From Schmidtea polychroa (Eukaryota), in assembly GCA_044892525.1 (NCBI GenBank), contig CM097885.1:238268001-238332000 (forward strand): DNA of 64,000 nt. Reading direction: 5' to 3'. A program made the translations under genes and the position numbers. Below the pieces are notes generated by a model that had not been told where the DNA came from, ran no database searches, and worked only from the letters and a program-made list of their open reading frames with translations. This document shows positions 52,218 to 64,000 of the stretch, piece by piece (positions within the stretch are counted from its first letter, which is position 1; each line of letters opens with the position of its first letter).

Positions 52218-55200
52218 ATTATCCCACTATTTAATCTCCTATATTCCCCCGATTCTCCATTAATTATTCGCCTATAACCCCCACCCCGATTTTCTACTTA
52301 TATTCCGCCGATTTTGATTAATTATTCACTTAAAACATCCCCACAAATATTTGTTTTAAAAGTTTTTTTTATTAAATTTATGAATTTTATGAAATAATTT
52401 TAAATAAATTCAATTAATATACTTCCATTCTTATCCACCTTCTTCTTATCTAAGCCACTTCTCATTATCTACCTCCATTAATGGATTATTCTACCAATTA
52501 TTTTCACCCATTTGAATCGAGTAATGAATAATTTCCTCACTTTAATGAAGATTCTTACCACCTTCATTGTTAATTTTATCAAAATTTAAAGAATATTTCT
52601 CTTTACATTGCTTACCACTTTAGATTTTTTATCGAAATTTACGATAATTTGACTAATTCAATGATAAATGAGTTAATTAATATATACTCTGAGTTTATCC
52701 GACAAAATATTCTGTCCCCCTAGGGGTATTGCTCACAAGGGTACTACTCACATTCAACATGTCGCAAGGGTATTAGTCGTAAAGGTATTTAATGTTTTTA
52801 TTTGAATGATTATTTAGACAAATTTGTTGTTTAAGGTATTGATAATTTTTAGAGTTGATGGTTTTATTCAAGTAAATTTCTATCATTTTTATGAATTTCT
52901 ATCATTTTTTGTAATTTTCTATTATTTTCATGAATTTCCGTACTTTTTTGTGAATATCCGTAATTTTTGTAGATATCTATCATTTTCATGGATTTCTAAC
53001 ATTTTTGCAAATTTCATGTTTATTGAATGAATATTTAATAATTTAATGCTAATTCTAAGATAAATTTAATTAATTTCTTGATAATTGGATGTATTTTTAT
53101 TGATTTGTTTTTTTTAATTTTAAATAAAAATTATTTTCAATGAGGTTAATAATTAGAGATTTTACAATAATGAAGTGATATGATAAATTTTTATGAGGAT
53201 ATTGAATAATTTTCTAAGAATTTCATGTTGACTGATAAATTTAATTGATAAATTTAATTAATTTCTTGATAATTAGTTGTATTTTATTGAATAGTTTTTA
53301 AATAAAAATTAATTTCATTGACAATTAGGTTAATAATTAAGTGATTTTTGATGATAACTTTGTAATGTATTTGACTAAATAATTTTTCAATAATTTTCTA
53401 AGAATATTTACACATTGATGCACTTTAAAAAACATAAGCTAAGAAACCAACTTTATCAATGACTTTAAATTTACTTGATAATTATTGTAGGATATACAGA
53501 AATTTAGTTTGCTGTTATTGCTTGAAAATGATTGGTTGAATCGATGAAGAATTATGATCAATCAATATATATCATCTCCAGTATTTGATGGTAAATATTT
53601 GTAGAAAATATTGATTTTTGATCTTTTAGTGAACTCTTACTACATAGCTACTAAATTATTTCAATGGAAGAATATTTGGTGTCTATAACAATTAAGTCAT
53701 ATTTTTGAAGTTCTTTAAAGATTTTAAGACTGAATTGAATTAAAGGAGGATTCAAGTGGGTAGAATTGAAGGATATATTCGGTTAGATGTTTAAAGAGGT
53801 AGAAATATTTGCTGAGAGATCGATTAAGATGGGAATATATGATCAGTTATGAATCAATAATAATGTGAAATTATATCGTTTTATTAGGTTGTGATTAATG
53901 CACAGTAAATTAATTTAGAACAATGTTTTATAAAGTAGGGATAATGATCGATTTACTTGGTTTTGATAATGAAATCTTTACAGATAATTGGGATTGATAT
54001 CAACTTTAAATTATTTTTTTTTCTCTTTATTTAAGCGGAGAATGACAAAAGTTGAGAAATAGGGACTTAAAACATTGATCTTTATTGGAAGAAATCTTGA
54101 TTTTAATTAGTAATTAAATCGGTTGAATATTGGTAAAAATGATCATTTGAAGAAATATATTTTATTGAATGGATAAATTTAATCTTTCAATGGGACCTAG
54201 TCAGTTATATTGTAGTAATATTTATTTAAAATATCGAGTACAGTGATTAACAAAAATTTAATTATAACCACTTTTATCATTAGATTTTATAAATTATTTA
54301 GGGTTAATGATTTTACATGTTTTATAGGGAAATATTCGTGATAATAGGAATTAAAGTTAGAATTATAGTCATTTAAATGGGACTTTAAGCAATCTTATTA
54401 GTCTGAGGGGAATATATGATCCTTTACGGGTACTTATCATTAAAATATCAATCTTTAAATATTGATATATTTAGGGAAAATGATGCTTTTTAGATGATTT
54501 TATTAGAGAATTCACTTGGATATACCAATTATTGCCATTTAAATGAATTTACTGGTTTGTTAGATGTTATCATTAGTTATCTAGTCTCTTTTGGAATTTA
54601 ATGATAATTATTTTTATTGTAGATTGCTGACTTTGATAATTGTAATGAATTTATACTGATTTTTTGAATATATTGAGAAATCAGTCAATCAATTTGAGTA
54701 CATGTATTACTTTTACAAAAATAATTAAAATTAATTTTATTCAATCTAAATCTAGATCTTATTTCAAAACTTTTATTAATTTATTATCTTAGTTGATTCA
54801 ACTTGAATGATCAGTATTTTTTTTATTTACTGGATGATTAATGATTAGAATTTTTTCCTGTCCATTAATTAAATTTTTATGATATTTATTTTGAATAATT
54901 TAAATTTTTACAATAATTTAATCAAATTTTACCTAGTTATTGATGCCTTGAGTTCAATTAATTTTCCATCTAATTTTTCAAGTGATGAGTATTTGCTTTT
55001 AAAGATCAATTTGTTAGTACATAGTTGTTGGTTGTTAGTACATCTTCGTAAGTTACTGGTTGATGATACTATGTTGTTGGTATCTTATATTTGGTAGTTG
55101 GTATAGTGTTGTTTACTGATTGTTGTTATATAGTTGTAGGTTGATAATGCTTAGTATCTGGTTGATGGTGGTTGTTAGTACATGGTATCTAGTTGTTAGC

Positions 55201-58200
55201 TGATTGATAGTAACTACTTAATGGGTAGGTGGGGGTTGAGAGTTACCAATACCCTTACGACTAGTACCTTTACCACCAGTACCCTTACGACTAATACCCT
55301 TAGGGGGTCAAAACATCCTGTCGGATAAACTCAGAGTATATATAATAAAACTGATCAACAATAAGTATTTATTGAATGAGATTTTTACTTTGCAATAATA
55401 AGTCAGTAGTTATCATTTAAAAGAAGAATGTTTTGTGAATTAGAATTCATTAGTCTTTCATTGTAATTATTTTGAATTTCACGTGGTGTTTTAAAGTGGT
55501 TGAGTTGTGGTTTTTTGATGAAAATCAACATTTTTGTTAAATTTAGACATTTTGAAAAGGTTTTTCTACTGATTGTAATTAAACATATTTTTGAAGATAG
55601 ATAAAAAATTAATTTAAAAAACAATTCATAAAATACAATGAAGAATATTTAGTTGATTGTTGGTACTTGATTGTTTTTACTTGGTTGTTTGAGAGTTAGT
55701 TAGTACATGGTATCTAGTTGTAAGTATTTGGTACTTATTTGTCAGCACCTAGTTAAAAATATTTAGTAACCGATTGTTGGTAACTGTTGAATTATTATTA
55801 TTATTATTATTATTATTCCATTTAAATTTTCATTAAAAATTACATTTCTCAAAAATGTTGGTGGTTATTCAATCTTTTGATAATAAATTTAAAAATCTTA
55901 GTTTAATTTACTTATTACATTACTTTAATTTACTCATTTAGCTTTAATTTAAAATTTAAACCATTGTTTTCTTTAATTTAAAATTTTGAACCTTAATTTA
56001 CTTATTTAAAATTTTTAACTTTAATTTACTTATCCTTAATTTCCCTATTTATCCTTTATTTCTTAATTTAACAGCTAAATATAATCCTTATTTTCATATT
56101 TAACTAATAATTTCACGTGGTCATTGATTAATAGACGAAGATTTGCATCTAAAATTAACATTGAAAATTCCAGAAAACTTTCATCTTAAATTGACTTTAA
56201 CTTTAATATTTTAGACCATTGATTAGTTAATTTAAAAATTAAATATTAATTTACTTATTTAACCAATAATTTCATGTGGTCATCTGGTTGTGAGTGCTTG
56301 GTATCTAGTTGACAGTGCTTAGTACTAGGTATCTAGTTGTTAGCTGGTTGTTAGTACTTAGTATTTAGTTGGTTGATAATGCTTAGTACTTGGTTGTTGT
56401 TGGTTGTTAGTACTTGGTAGTTGGTTGGTTGCTGTTAGCTGGTTGTAGCTAGTTAATGGGTAGGTGGTTGTAGGTACTTGGTAACTGGTTGTTAGTATCT
56501 AGTTGTAGGTTGTAGGTAGTTAGTAGTTGGTAATTAATGCTTAGTACCTGGTTGTTGTTGGTTGTATGTACTTGGTAGCTAGTTGGTTGCATGTTTTTGG
56601 TTGTTAGTACTTAGTAGTTGGTTGATGTTGGTTGTAAGTACTTGCTATCTAGTACCTAGTTGGTTGGTTGTTAGTACTTAGTATTTAGTTGGTTGATAAT
56701 GCTTAGTACTTGGTTGTTGTTGGTTGTAAGTACTAGGTATCAGGTAACTGGTTGTTAGTATTTAGTTGTAAGTATTTGTTATCAGGTAACTAGTTGGTTG
56801 TAGCTACTTAGTAGTTGGTAACTGGTTGTTAGTATTTAGTTGTTTGAGACCTGGTTGTTAGTACTTGGTAGCTAGTTAATGGGTAGGTGGTTGTAGGTAC
56901 TTAATAGTTGGTAACTGGTTGTTAGTATTTAGTTGTTTGAGACCGGGTTGTTAGTACTTGGTAGCTAGTTAATGGGTAGGTGGTTGTAGGTACTTGGTAT
57001 CTAGTTGTTAGTATCTAGTTGTAGGTATCTGGTAACTAGGTGGTTGTAGGTACTTAGTAGTTGGTAACTGGTTGTTAGTATTTAGTTGTTTGAGACCTGG
57101 TTGTTAGTACTTGGTAGCTAGTTAATGGGTAGGTGGTTGTAGGTACTTGGTATCTAGTTGTTAGTAACTAGTTGTAGGTATCTGGTTGTTAATACATGTT
57201 CGTAAGTTACTGGTTGTTGGTACTAAGTTGTTGGTTTGTTGTTGAATTATTATTAAAATGTGTCATGAAAAATATTTCATAAAAATTTTCATTAAAAATT
57301 AACTTAAAAAATTATTTCCTAAAAATTTCCATTAAAAATTAACTTAAAAAATTATTTCATAAAAATTTCCATTAAAAATTACTTAAAAAATTATTCCATA
57401 AAAATTTTCATTAAAAAATTTCAATTCTCAAACACCTTCAACTTTTTGTTAATAAATTTTAAAATCTTACTTTAATTTACTTTAATTTACTTATTTAAAA
57501 TTTTTTACCATTGATTACTTAATTTAAAAATTATTACTTTAATTTACTTATTTAAAATTTTTTACCATTGATTACTTAATTTTAAAATTTGGACCTTAAT
57601 TAACTTTAATTTAATTTTTAGAACCTAAATTTACTTTAATTTTAAAATTTGGACCATAATTTACTTTAATTTAATTTTTAGAACCATAATTTACTTTAAT
57701 TCAAAAATTTGGACCATAATTTACTGTAATTTAATTTTTTTTAGGACCATTATTTACTGTAATTTAATTTTTAGAACCATAATTTACTGTAATTTAATTT
57801 TTTAGAACCATAATTTACTTTAATTCAATTTTTAGGACCATAATTTACTTTAATTCAATTTTTAGGACCATAATTTACTTTAATTTAATTTTTTAGGACC
57901 ATTATTTACTGTAATTTAATTTTTAGAACCATAATTTACTTTAATTCAAAAATTTTGACCATAATTTACTATAATTTAATTTTTAAGAACCATTAATTAC
58001 TGTAATTTAATTTTTAAGAACCATTAATTACTGTAATTCAAAATTTGAGCCATAATTTACTATAATTTAATTTTTAGAACCATAATTTACTTTAATTTTA
58101 AAATTTGGACCATTATTTACTTTAATTGAAAAATTTACCACGTTTTTTAGTGTAGACCACCTATTTCTCAGGACCAAGGAGACTCACCTCACTATAGTCT

Positions 58201-59228
58201 GAAAAATCCTTGGCTTTTTTAGTGTAGACCAGCTTTTTGTATTGAAGTTCTCAGGACCAAGGAGACCCACCTTAATTTAATTCGAAAAATCCATGCTTTT
58301 TTAGTGATAATCGGATTTTTGTATTGAAAATATCCTGAGACATTAAATTACCACTGTTTTTTAGTGTAGACCACCTTTTTCTATTGAAATTCTCAGGACC
58401 AAGGAGACCCACCTTAATTGACCTAGAAAATTCCATGCTTTTTTATTGATAATCGGATTTTTGTATTGAAAATATCCTGAGACCTTAAATTACCATGCTT
58501 TTTTAGTGGTAGTCGGATTTTTGTATTGAAAATATCCTGAGACCTTAAATTACCATGCTTTTTTATTGATAGTCGGATTTTTGTATTGAAAATATCCTGA
58601 GACCTTTAATTACCATGCTTTTTTAGTGGTAGTCGGATTTTTGTATTGAAAATCCCAGGACCATCGAGACCCCCTCACTATAGTGTGATAAATCCTTGGC
58701 TTTTTTATTGATAGTAGGATTTTTGTATAGAAAATTTTTTATTTGTATTGAAAATCCCAGGACCATCGAGACCCCCTCACTATAGTCTGAAAATTCCATG
58801 CTTTTTTATTGGTAGTTGGATTTTTGTATAGAAAAAAATTTTTTGTATTGAAAATCCCAGGACCATCGAGACCCCCTCACTATAATGTAATAAATCCTTG
58901 GCTTTTTTAGTGGTAGTCTGATTTTTGTATTGAAAAAAATTTTTTGTATTGAAAATCCCAGGACCATCGAGACCCCCTCTCTATAGTGTGATAAATCCTT
59001 GGCTTTTTTAGTGGAAGTCGGATTTTTGTATTGAAAAAAATTTTTTGTATTGAAAATCCGAGGACCATCGAGACCCCCTCACTATAGTGTGATAAAAAAA
59101 AATTTGGACCAAAAATCCCTGAAAGCAAAAAAATGAGTTGGGAACAATTGCGTAATAAAAATTTGGGAACAATGGGGGGTACCCCCCCCCCCATTGTTCC
59201 CGTAGGCTACTATCTACCTACTGACAAC

Positions 59229-60165
59229 CTATACATTTAGTAGAAAAAATTGAAGAAAATATTCAAGAAATGTTGAAATATGGCATTATATCAGAATGTA
59301 CATCTCCTTGGAATTCTCCATTAGTATGTGTTAAAAAGAAAAACATTAGTGATATAAGAATATGCTTGGACTACCGTGCTTTAAATAATATAACCGAAAG
59401 ACCGATTTTTCCCATTCCAAATACTGATGAATTATTAGATATTCTTGACGGAGCAAAGTTTTTCTCGACAATTGATTTAGGTAATGCTTATTATCAAGTA
59501 GAACTCGATGATGCATCAAAATTGAAAACAGCATTTTCGACAAAAAGCAAGCAATATTACTTTAACAGAATGCCATTTGGAATAGCAGCCGCACCAGCAA
59601 CATTTCAAAGACTTATGAATTTGGTTCTTGGAGAATTAAATTGGAATGGAACAATTGTATATCTGGATGATATCCTTATATTTTCAAAGACATTGAATGA
59701 ACATTATAGTACTATTGAAAAGGTTTTTCAAAAGATTAAATTAGCAAATCTTAAAATAAGTCCAGCAAAATGTCAATTCAAAAGGAAAGAAGTAAAATTT
59801 TTGGGTCATATCATTGGTGAAGATGGAATACGTACGGATGAAAGCAAGATTGAAACTATTAAAAATTTTGAAAGACCTAAATGCGTAAAAAGTTTGAGAG
59901 GATTTTTAGGCTTGGCAAATTACTATCGCAGATTTATAGAAAATTACACCAAAGATTCCAAAGTATTAGAAGCGTTATGTGGAAGTAAACAAAAGAAGCT
60001 TATGTGGACTGATGAGTGTGAAACTTCATTTCAAAATTTAAAACTGAAATTGACGTCTACACCTGTATTGAAGTTCCCAGATTTTTCTAAGCCATTCATT
60101 TTGGATACAGATGCAAGTTTTGACCGCATTGGTGCTGTTCTGTCTCAAAAAGATGGAAGTAAAGA
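59229..60165 (+). CDS. pol: Pol middle part: reverse transcriptase and start of RNase H
   Basis: SPWNSPLVCVKK, RICLDYRALN, IDLGNAYYQ, MPFG, YLDD, DTDAS. Confidence 0.96.
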
Positions 60166-61703
60166 AAGTAATCGCATATGGATCCCGAGCTATGAATAAA
60201 CACGAGTTGGGTTATTGTATAACAAGAAAGGAATTACTATCTATATTTTATTTTACTGGTCATTTTAAGCATTATCTATATGGTAAAAAGTTTATTTTGA
60301 GGACGGATCACAAAGCAATTACATTTATGATGAAGACAAAGAAAGCTATTACCCCACAATTTCAAACTTGGATTAACCATCTTAGTGGTCTGGACATGGA
60401 GATTCAATACAGAAAAGGTGATAACCACAATAATGCCGACGCTTTATCTAGAAAAGAATGTGAAACATGTGTTCAATGTCAAATGATTCATGAAAATCCT
60501 AAAATAGGTAAATTAAAATCAAGATTGTTGACACTGATGACTGATAATATTGAAAATATATGGCAAAAGAACTCGAAAGAAATTGAAAATATAAAAGAAA
60601 ATATTAGTTTGATGCCAGATAAAACATTTTTTAAATATGTCAACGGAGTGATTATGACAAATAATAATAAAATTTGGATTCCAGAAGAAAACAAGTCTGA
60701 ATTCATCATAGAATATCATAAAAAGCTCTGTCACGCGGGTGCTAATAAAGTAAAAATGTATGTATCAAACAATTTTGATATGAAAGATTTGGAGCAATCT
60801 ATTCGTAATGTTGTACAATCCTGTGAAAACTGTCAGAAAAGAAAGGTTGATACAACTAAAACAAAAGAAGAAATAATTTGCAAAAGTGATTCGAAATTAT
60901 TTGAAACAATCTATGTAGATTTTTGTGGTCCATTACAACTTGCAATGAAAGGAGAAAGATATATTCTTGTGATTATAGATCATCATTGTAAGTTTATTTC
61001 TTTACATGCAGTGAAATCGCAAGATGAAAAAACAGTGGTAAGATTACTGAAAGAAGAGTGGATAATGAAGTTTGGAGCACCAAGGATAATAAACTGTGAC
61101 AGAGGTAAATCATTTGAATCAAAGCTAATGAAAGATTTTGCAGAATTCCACAATATTGAAATTAATTATTCAAGTCCATATCATCACTCAGCAAATGGAC
61201 AGATTGAGAGACAATTCCGTACAATTAGAGATGCAATACAGATAACACTAAAAGATAAAAGACATAAATCATGGGTAGATATTCTTCCCCAAGTTCAGTT
61301 TATGTTGAATTCAACTTTTCAAAAAACTATTAGGAAGACTCCAGCTGAAATGGTGCTTGGGAAAAAGATTTATAGTGAATGGTTCTCAGAGATTGTGGAA
61401 GAAGAAAAAATCAATCAGGCGACAAATCGCGAATTTCAAATTGGAGATTGCATATTGATCAAAGTAAATGTTCGAAATAAAGGTGATAACAGATACATGG
61501 GTCCAGGCGTGATTACTAAAAAGATTCATGATCGAAGTTATGAAATAAAATTGGAAAATGGAAGTTCCGTCACGAGAAATATTGAGTGGTTAAAGGTTTT
61601 CAAAAAGGGGGGGGGATGTGAGGCGTTTTGTAATTTGTATTTAAATAATGGTATGATGTTGTGCATGTTTGATTGTATGTTGAAATCCTTACTTATACAT
61701 TAA
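60166..61703 (+). CDS. pol: Pol 3' part: RNase H remainder and integrase (shifted frame)
   Basis: VIAYGSR, KELL, TDH; HHCC (HKKLCH..CENC); D-D-E (YVDF, NCDRG, QIER). The frame runs through the PPT and stops inside the 3' LTR. Confidence 0.94.
61602..61616 (+). promoter_or_regulatory. Polypurine tract
   Basis: AAAAAGGGGGGGGGA directly before the 3' LTR. Confidence 0.93.
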
Positions 61704-61827
61704 TTATTATTTTTAGAAACTCCTCAAACAAATTAACGTTATAATTTGTTTTAATAATATTTGTGTTTTTATAATAAACGTGTTTTTGTTATGGATTCTA
61801 TTAATACCCGTAGCTCTGTGGCTAATA
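61617..61827 (+). repeat. 3' LTR
   Basis: 211 bp, 210/211 identical to the 5' LTR, followed by CACCT. Confidence 0.97.
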
Positions 61828-62203
61828 CACCTTGTTGAGAAATCTTTAGGGATAGAAGTGTAGGAAAAAGCTTCATTTAATGGAATTCAAATATATAGAG
61901 CCGTTATTTCGACTCGAAGTATTGTGAACAAAATTCGCAAAGTCGATATATCGGCTTTATAGTAATAATATGGTTAATATTTAACTTATAATTTGTCAGT
62001 AAAATATTAAGTAAAATATTTTCAAAGTAAAATTTATTTGAATTTTAATTGGATGGAATAAAATAAGATATTGTTCAATAAGATATTGCATATTGTTATT
62101 TACTTAAAATTTTATTTAAAAATTCACCATTTGAAATTATTAATCCAGCCATTAATTATAAACAAGTTTAAATGATAGTTCTTGATTCAAAATATTTCTT
62201 TAC

Positions 62204-62573
62204 CTATAAGCTTGGTCGTTCCAAATATGTTTCCGAATGGTGACACGATCAAGCATCGATAGGAGGTGAAATCAATTGCTGAAAGATTATTGATCCACAA
62301 TTGAGCTTTTTGTTCCTGGAAATGACCAGTTTTATCTAAAATATTTTATTGAATGAAAACTGGAAATGTTAATGGAAATTTTACCTAAATAAAAACAATA
62401 TTTCTTAGTTCTACCGATGTAAAAGCATTTATTCACACTAAGATTTAAAATCTTGGAATTCTTTTCCCATTGAATAGAATTAATGGGGTGACCATTTACT
62501 ATTGCCTGTATTATGGTTTCATGTCCTCGGGTCTGCTCAATTACATCATTCCCCATTTTGATTGAGGGCTCAT
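62204..62573 (-). CDS. Two internal exons encoding an Ig-like domain (lachesin/IgLON-like)
   Basis: Exons 62385-62573 and 62204-62335 with a 49-nt GT-AG intron, all phase 1. Reads EPSIKMGNDVIEQTRGHETIIQAIVNGHPINSIQWEKN...QLWINNLSAIDFTSYRCLIVSPFG (Ig W and DxxxYxC). The rest of the gene was not located. Confidence 0.75.
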
Positions 62574-63150
62574 CTAAATAATTTTTAATTTAATTTAGAA
62601 ATATTCTACTCGGTTATATTTGATTAATATGAAATATTCAGTTTTTATTTGAAAATATCATTTGATCATTATGCTTTGTATTTTTTGTTATATTTTATGA
62701 TTCTGTACAAGACATATAAAAATATAAATATATGAGATTTATTTAAGTATATCAGTAAAAATTTTAATTGAATTGTTAGACGCAATTAAATTCAAGTCTT
62801 CTTCAAGCATTTATTTTTATAACAACTTCAAAACTGAGCCGTTTACTAGAATATTTAAACACCGAGGCGTGATAATTATTAATATTAATGTAATTACTGG
62901 TCATACATTTAATTGATTTAATTTAATATAATTTAATATAATATGATATAATTTAATATAGAATTTAAATATACAAATTTAACAGAAATAATTATTTCTA
63001 CTAACTGATCTCACTTATACATTTAACCATAATAATTTTATATAGAGGTTTACTAACTCCTTACATGAATGATTAGTGGTGTTGATAAGTGGTTTATTTA
63101 AGTAAATTAAGGATTTGTAAGGTAAATTTATTAATTTTAATATTTAATCG

Positions 63151-63376
63151 TTTGCGGACCGAATTAATTTATTAATATATTATTTTTTAGCATAACATAT
63201 TTTAGTATATGAATGTCCGATATTGTGGTATGATTTTTTTAAAGTTTGGCCAGCGCAGCTGGCCATTATACATTGTTGAACGTCTGAAACAAAATTCGTG
63301 GCCAGCAGTTCTGGCCTACCATCCGCAACCGTATATGCAATTTAAGCCCAGCACTGCTGGCCTACGGTCCGCAAAC
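63151..63376. mobile_element. Small MITE-like element
   Basis: GTTTGCGGACCG / CGGTCCGCAAAC inverted ends, with three internal G(G/C)CCAGC..CTGGCC palindromes. Confidence 0.55.
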
Positions 63377-64000
63377 AGTTAATGATAATTTTTATTAATT
63401 TTATTCTTTACAGATTTTATAGTAATTCTAGGATAGATTTTTAGTTGAAATTTATTGATCATTCGTTTATACATTAAAATTTGTGTTTTAGGTTAAATAA
63501 TAATGAGTGTAACTATGGTGTTAATAATAGTTTTTAAAATTTTGAATGATAAATAGATTTTTCTCAATACATCTTTTCTCCTGAGAATATTTCCTTCTTA
63601 AATGAGTACTTAGTATGTTGTTTTTGATGATAAATTTGTGAATTGAAATATATTTTGATTTGAAATACAAGTAACCCTTATTACAATACGGTAGATGGAT
63701 TACTATAAAATGATGTGTTGTGTGACCCAATACAAAAACAAAATATATTTTTTAATTTAACAATTTTTATTAAAAATATAAATATGTTTAAAACAAGAAA
63801 AGTAATTAATTACCTGTAATTATTTGCAATGACATTTTTACTAGTATTTACTAAATTCATTAAAAGAACAATTTATAGAAAAAATTAACTTATTTTTCAT
63901 ATTTATCTAATAGTTTTACTTTTGATCTTTTTTAATTCAATGATTTTCATATTTATATTTGTAAAATTATAGATCAAAATAATATATAAGGGGTACGATA

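Larger units (their letters stand above)
30749..59222. mobile_element. Outer non-autonomous Polinton/Maverick-type element (13123 bp net), largely palindromic
   Basis: Ends AGTAGGTAGATAGTAGCCTACGGG / CCCGTAGGCTACTATCTACCTACT; 6-bp TSD GACAAC (30743-30748 and 59223-59228). Arms: 30749-33173 plus 48525-~50960 mirror ~54703-59222. No credible ORF. Confidence 0.92.
28754..61827 (+). mobile_element. Ty3/Gypsy LTR retrotransposon (4594 bp once nested insertions are removed)
   Basis: Two 211-bp LTRs, 5-bp TSD CACCT (28749-28753 and 61828-61832), PBS, PPT, and gag then PR-RT-RH-INT domain order. Confidence 0.97.

Noticed and set aside
52420..52622. Myb-like relic on the - strand (SGKQCKEKY...MGENNW), or an alternative genetic code
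   Set aside because: Several in-frame stops and only a short resemblance; all other genes read in the standard code.
30749..59222. A single 28-kb Polinton
   Set aside because: A second AGTAG..CTACT pair with its own AACAAG TSD defines a separate inner element.

Overview
AT-rich eukaryotic (animal-like) genomic DNA with 41-65 nt spliceosomal introns and abundant (AAT)n tracts; the species cannot be determined from the sequence. The left part (1-28.7 kb) holds a 9-exon GH47 alpha-1,2-mannosidase gene (7773-12254), a deleted hAT transposon, several MITE-like elements with TGT..ACA ends next to (AAT)n, and a family of orphan coiled-coil/basic ORFs. The right part is a three-level nested insertion, each level with an intact target-site duplication. 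(1) A compact 4.6-kb Ty3/Gypsy retrotransposon (28754-61827; 211-bp LTRs differing at one base; TSD CACCT). (2) Its pol gene is split by a 13.1-kb apparently non-coding, largely palindromic Polinton/Maverick-type element (30749-59222; AGTAG..CTACT ends; TSD GACAAC). (3) That element is interrupted by a complete-looking 15.3-kb Polinton/Maverick (33174-48518; ~975-bp TIRs; TSD AACAAG) encoding pPolB, major and minor capsid proteins, an adenain-like protease, a packaging ATPase, fiber- and core-like proteins and a zinc finger-PLA2-integrase fusion. The most unusual signal is a set of outward-facing tRNA-like RNA polymerase III units (A box, B box, T-run), plus a longer structured GC-rich RNA candidate, at both ends of the inner Polinton; these recall adenovirus VA RNAs. 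Two spliced exons of an Ig-domain gene lie at 62204-62573 (- strand).
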